NCBI RefSeq assembly: GCF_902713615.1
Contig: NW_024055461.1
Location: forward strand, 310,001-374,000
Origin: Scyliorhinus canicula
Lineage: Eukaryota
Direction: 5' to 3'
DNA length: 64,000 nt
Part shown: positions 59,561 to 64,000 of the stretch, piece after piece
Layout of the letters: every line of letters starts with the position of its first letter
Numbering within the stretch: the stretch's first letter is position 1
Position numbers and translations under genes: made by a program
Notes under the pieces: model-generated
What the model saw: only the letters and a program-made list of their open reading frames with translations
What the model was told of the DNA's origin: nothing
Databases searched by the model: none

Positions 59561-59952
59561 ATCCCAACCCGCGGGAACCGTCCGTCTCTGTCCTCCTGCC
59601 CTCGGCTGAAGACGTCTCCGCTCAGAGATTCGTCTCCCTCAGCTGCTTAGTGAGAGGTTTCTCCCCCCGAGAGATCTTCGTCAAGTGGACCGTCAATGAC
59701 AAGCCGGTGAATCCCGGCAACTACAAGAACACCGAGGTGATGGCGGAGAACGGCAATAGCTCCTTCTTCATGTACAGCCTGTTATCCATTGCAGCGGAGG
59801 AGTGGGCCAGCGGCGCTTCTTACTCCTGTGTGGTGGGACATGAAGCCATCCCCTTGAAGATCATCAACAGAACGGTTGATAAATCCAGCGGTAAACCCAG
59901 TTTTGTGAACATTTCCCTCGCTCTGATGGACACCGTTAATTCATGTCAATGA
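59561..59952 (+). CDS. IGHM: IgM constant exon CH4 with secretory tailpiece
   Basis: (D)[13 protein letters not shown]...[17 protein letters not shown]...YSCVVGHE...[22 protein letters not shown]; penultimate Cys; internal TM donor G/GTAAAC at 59890/59891. Confidence 0.97.
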
Positions 59953-59979
59953 GAATCTATTGGTTATATTTTGAACTAA

Positions 59980-59994
59980 AATAAAAATAATAAA
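59980..59994 (+). terminator. Secretory-form polyadenylation signals
   Basis: AATAAA at 59980 and 59989, 28-37 nt after the stop. Confidence 0.8.
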
Positions 59995-60419
59995 GGTTTT
60001 TTTTCCTCCAATTATGATTTAAATACACAGCCGCTTAATTAATGGCGCTTCCACTTTGCTGATATTAGATCTGTTCAATGAGACCCGGATTTCTTCAGGT
60101 CTCGGCCCCAAGTCTGATACAACCAGAGCTCCCAGCTCAGATACCCCTGGGTTAGAGACAGAGTAAAACTCATTCATTCCAGGATTCAGCAAAATATCTT
60201 CATTGACTTTCCTCCAGCTGAGGAGAAATCGGACAATTCCCCATTTCAGACAAACAAACCCATCACATTTAGATATCGGTGTTCCTGCTTCTCTCATTGT
60301 CCATCCCTTTAAAATTAGTGTCAGCTTTAAATTGCTGCATCACACCCACTGAGAACTGAATTGAGGGTCACACAGAAACATGGACCAGCAATTGCCCATC
60401 AAAGAGAGGGGAAAGGGAA

Positions 60420-63050
60420 ATGATTAACCCACTCACTGTACCCCCACTCTCCCAACAGAGAGAGTGGGAGGGCCTTTAGTTAATCCATTACACCCCTACT
60501 TTCCCAACAGAGAGAGGAGGAGGGGCTTTCCTTTATCCTCTATGTGCTCACTTCCTCAAAAGAGAGAGAGGGGAGGGGAATTATTTAATCCACTGTACCC
60601 CCACTTCACCAACAGAGAGAGGCGGGGGGCCTTTAGTTAATCCATAGTACGCGACTTCCACAAAAAGTTACCCCCACTCTCCCCACAGAGAGAGGCGGAG
60701 GGCCTTTAGTTAATGCACTGTACCCCCACTCTCCCCACAGAGAGAGGAGGAGGATCTTTAGTTAATCCACTATACCCCTACTTCCCCAACAGAGAGAGGG
60801 GGAGGGCCTTTTGTTCGTCCACTGTACACCTACTTTCCCAACAGAGAGATGGGGAGGGGCATTCCTTTATCCTCTGTGTGCTCACTTCCTCAAAATCAGA
60901 GCGGGGAGGGAAATTCGTTAATCCACTGTACCCCTACTTTCCCAACAGAGAGAGGAGGAAGGGGCAGTAGTTAATCCACTCTGTCCCCATTTACCCAAAA
61001 AAGAGAGGGGAAGAGGCATTCGGAAATGCCCTGCACCCCAACTCCCTAACAAAGAGGAAGGGCTATTAGTTAACCCACTGTGACCCCACTTCCACACCAA
61101 TGCGTGGAGGTGAAATATTTAATACACTGTATCCCCAATTCGCCATCAAATAAAGGAGGGGAGTTTGTTAACTCAGTGTACCACACTTTCCCAACAGAGA
61201 GAGGAGGGAGGGGCATTTTTTAATGCACTGTACCCCCACATCCCGAACAGAGAGGGGGAGGGACATTAGTTAACCCACTGTACCCCCACATCCCGAATAG
61301 AGAGGGAGAGGGACATTAGTTAACCCACTGTACCCCCACATCCCGAATAGAGAGGGGGACATTAGTTAATCCACTGTACCCTCACTTCACCAACAGAGAG
61401 GCGGAAGGGGCAGTAGTTAATCCACTGTGTCCCCATTTACCCAAAAAAGAGAGGGTAAGAGGCATTCGGAAATGCCCTGCACCCCAACTCCCTAACAACG
61501 CAGAAGGGACATTAGTTAACCCACTGTGACCCCACTTCCACACCAATGCGTGGGGGGGGGGGGGGGGGGTAGGGTTGCAGTATTTAATACACTGTATCCC
61601 CTAATTCCCTACCAATAAAGGAGGGGAGTTTGTTAACACACTTTCCCAACAGAGAGAGGGTGAGGGGCGTCAGTTAATCACTGTACCCCCACTTCGACAA
61701 CAGAGAGAAACATAGAAAATTCAGCACAGAACAGGCCCTTCGGCCCACAATGTTGTGCCAAACCTTTGTCCTCGATTAAGAACAAATCAATCTACACCCC
61801 AGCATTCTACCCTAATCCATGTACCTATCCAAAGCCGCTTGAGGGTACCCAATGTTTCCGACTGAACTACTTCCACAGGCAGTGCATTCCATGCTCCCAC
61901 TACTCTCTGGGTAAAGAACCTACCTCTGACATCCCCCCTATATCTTCCACCATTCACCTTAAACGTATGTCCCCTTGTAATGGTTTGTTCCACCCGAGGA
62001 AAATGTCCCTGACTGTCTGCTCTATCTATTCCTCTGGTCATCTTATAAACCTCTATCAAGTCGCCCCTCATCCTTCTCCGTTCTAATGAGAAAAGGCCTA
62101 GCACCCTCAACCTTTCCTCGTAAGACCTACTCTCCATTCCAGGCAACATCCTGGTAAATCTCCTTTGCACCTTTTCCAAAGCTTCCACATCCTTCCTAAA
62201 ATGAGGCAACCAAAACTGCACAGAGTACTCCAACTGTGGCCTGACCAACGATTTGTACAGCTGCATCATCACCTCACTGGCTCTTAAATTCAATCCCTCT
62301 GCTAATGAACGCATGGCACGCCATAGGCCTTCTGCAGAGCTCATCCACTTGAGTGGCAACTTTCAAAGATCTATGAACATAGACCCCAAGATCTCTCTGC
62401 TCCTCCACATTTCCAAGAACCCTACCTTTAACCCTGTATTCCGCATTCATATTTGTCCTTCCAGAATGGACAACCTCACACTTCTCAGGGTTAAACTCCA
62501 TCTGCCACTTCTCAGCCCAGCTCTGCATTCCATCTATGTCTTTTTGCAGCCGACAACAACCCTACTCACTATCCACAACTCCACCAATCTTCGTATCATC
62601 CGCAAATTTACTGACCCACCATTCAACTCCCTCATCCAAGTCATTAATGAAAATCACAAACAGTAGAGGACCCAGAACTGATCCCTACGGTACGTCACTG
62701 GTAACTGGGCTCCAGGCTGAATATTTGCCATCCACCACCAGGAGGCACATTAGTTAATCCACTGTACCCCCACTCCAACAACAGAGAGGGAAGGGGCATT
62801 AGTTAATGCACTGTACCCCCACATCCCGAACAGAGAGGGGGAGGGGCATTAGTCAATCCACTGTACCCCCACATCCCGAACATAGAGGGGGAGAAGCATT
62901 AATTAATCCACTGTACCACCAATTCAATAACAGAGAGGGGAGGGAATTATTTAATCCACTGTACATCCGCTTCCCCAACAAAGAGAGTGGGAGGGGCATT
63001 AGTTAATCCACTGTACACCCACTTCCACAAGAAAAAGAGAAATGGGCAAT
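60420..63050. repeat. Degenerate ~55-60-bp satellite (ttagttaatccactgtacccccact.cccaacagagagaggggagggg), split by a CR1 insertion
   Basis: Units on both sides of 61709-62738. Confidence 0.85.
61709..62738 (-). mobile_element. 5'-truncated CR1-type (HER1-like) LINE
   Basis: Minus ORFs QSWAEKWQMEFNPEKCEV and LYKSLVRPQLEYSVQFW...LEKVQRRFTRMLPG...RRRMRGDLIEVYK; 3' tail catagaa...aacaggcccttcggccc. Confidence 0.85.
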
Positions 63051-63606
63051 ATTAACCCATTCCACCTCCACGTTCCCGAGGAAAAGAGGAGGAAGGTGAT
63101 GAGTGAACTCTCTGTATCTCCACCTCCTCAGCAGGGGAAACCCAAAGAGAATTTGTTGAGTTGACCAGAGAGAGAGAGATTATTCACTCCAAAGAGAAAA
63201 TGCTGGAAACTCTCAGCAGATTCCAGCATCCGCAGTAATTTGCTTTTATCCAGAGATGATTAACTCACTGTCCTCCCAATCCCCAAGCAGCGAGTTTGAG
63301 AGTGGACGGGTCTATACACTGAGCATTCTGTCACTGACATTACAAGTCGGCTTGTAGTTTACTGCCTGAAGATGTGAAAAGATCATCATAATAACGATGT
63401 TCTTTAAATATCTATTTATGCAACAGAATGTTACTTTTTTTCCACTCTAGTTCCTCTTATTCGTATGCTAAAACTGATTCCCCATTATCCAAATCCAGGC
63501 TGGTGACTGAATTCTCCCTGGGTTTCCACTGTTCTCTCCTGAGGCACCTCCTTGTATTTTTGCATTCGGTCAGTTTGCATCTCACACAAAACACATTTAT
63601 ATGCAG

Positions 63607-63663
63607 AAAGTTCAACATATTCTACAACGGTGCCAATAATACCCACAACTGGCAAAGCTACAG
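63607..63663 (+). CDS. Candidate 57-bp Ser/Thr/Pro-rich membrane-form spacer exon (E)SSTYSTTVPIIPTTGKAT
   Basis: AG at 63605-63606 and GT at 63664, phase 1-1 and in frame with the CH4 TM donor; both splice sites are weak. Confidence 0.25.
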
Positions 63664-63669
63664 GTAGCT

Positions 63670-64000
63670 GATACAAATACACAGACACACAGTTAAACAG
63701 ACTTAAACACAACACATACATACACCCCTCCCCCACAAACATATACACATGCACACATGGACACAAACACACACATAGGCACACACACAGAAACACATAC
63801 ATAAACATACACCCAGGCACGACGAACCACACATATATTGACACAAGAACGCACGCGAGCGTGTACAGAAATGCACAAACATGCACACAAACACAAAAAA
63901 ACACACGTTTATACTCACACAGACACATTGGCGCATACACACACAAATATACGTACACAATCAGGCACACAAGCACACACAAACATACGCATATACCCAG
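63670..64000. repeat. Degenerate (CA)n tract
   Basis: acacacatac-type low complexity to the window end. Confidence 0.85.

Noticed and set aside
63456-63520. Strong acceptor (ttttttt ccactctag) as the TM1 exon
   Set aside because: The in-frame reading from the CH4 donor gives VPLIRMLKLIPHYPNPGW*, with no TM/CART motif.

Overview
Cartilaginous-fish (elasmobranch, probably catshark-like, inferred from the SINE families and Ig type) genomic DNA with three blocks. (1) 1-29 kb: repeat-dense region (HE1-type and related tRNA-derived SINEs, CR1/L2- and L1/Tx1-type LINE fragments, Penelope-type fragments) holding a small cluster of KRAB-less C2H2 zinc-finger genes: one with a 12-finger open frame (+), one frameshifted (-) and one heavily decayed (-), plus CpG/NRF1-type promoters. 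(2) 29,260-39,600: a young, near-complete class I (gamma/epsilon-like) endogenous retrovirus with ~99% identical LTRs, a tRNA-Ile PBS, a broken gag, and intact pol (1304 aa) and env (554 aa). Pol carries an extra ~150-aa module between protease and RT with two H-V-T motifs, a 2H-phosphoesterase signature and the most interesting signal here. The provirus lacks the first 20 bp of its 5' LTR and has no TSD, and its flanks do not match, so it marks a deletion or rearrangement junction between the ZNF cluster and the Ig cluster. (3) 41.7-64 kb: an apparently intact shark IgM heavy-chain cluster (leader, VH, D, J, Cmu1-4 with secretory tail). It has only one free D, and the J is preceded by a 12-bp-spacer RSS, consistent with a germline-joined D2-J. 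The 12.4-kb J-C intron holds several tandem arrays, including a G-rich, switch-region-like tract just upstream of Cmu1. Conventional TM exons were not found in the window. All calls come from reading the sequence by eye; no searches were run, and repeat boundaries are approximate.
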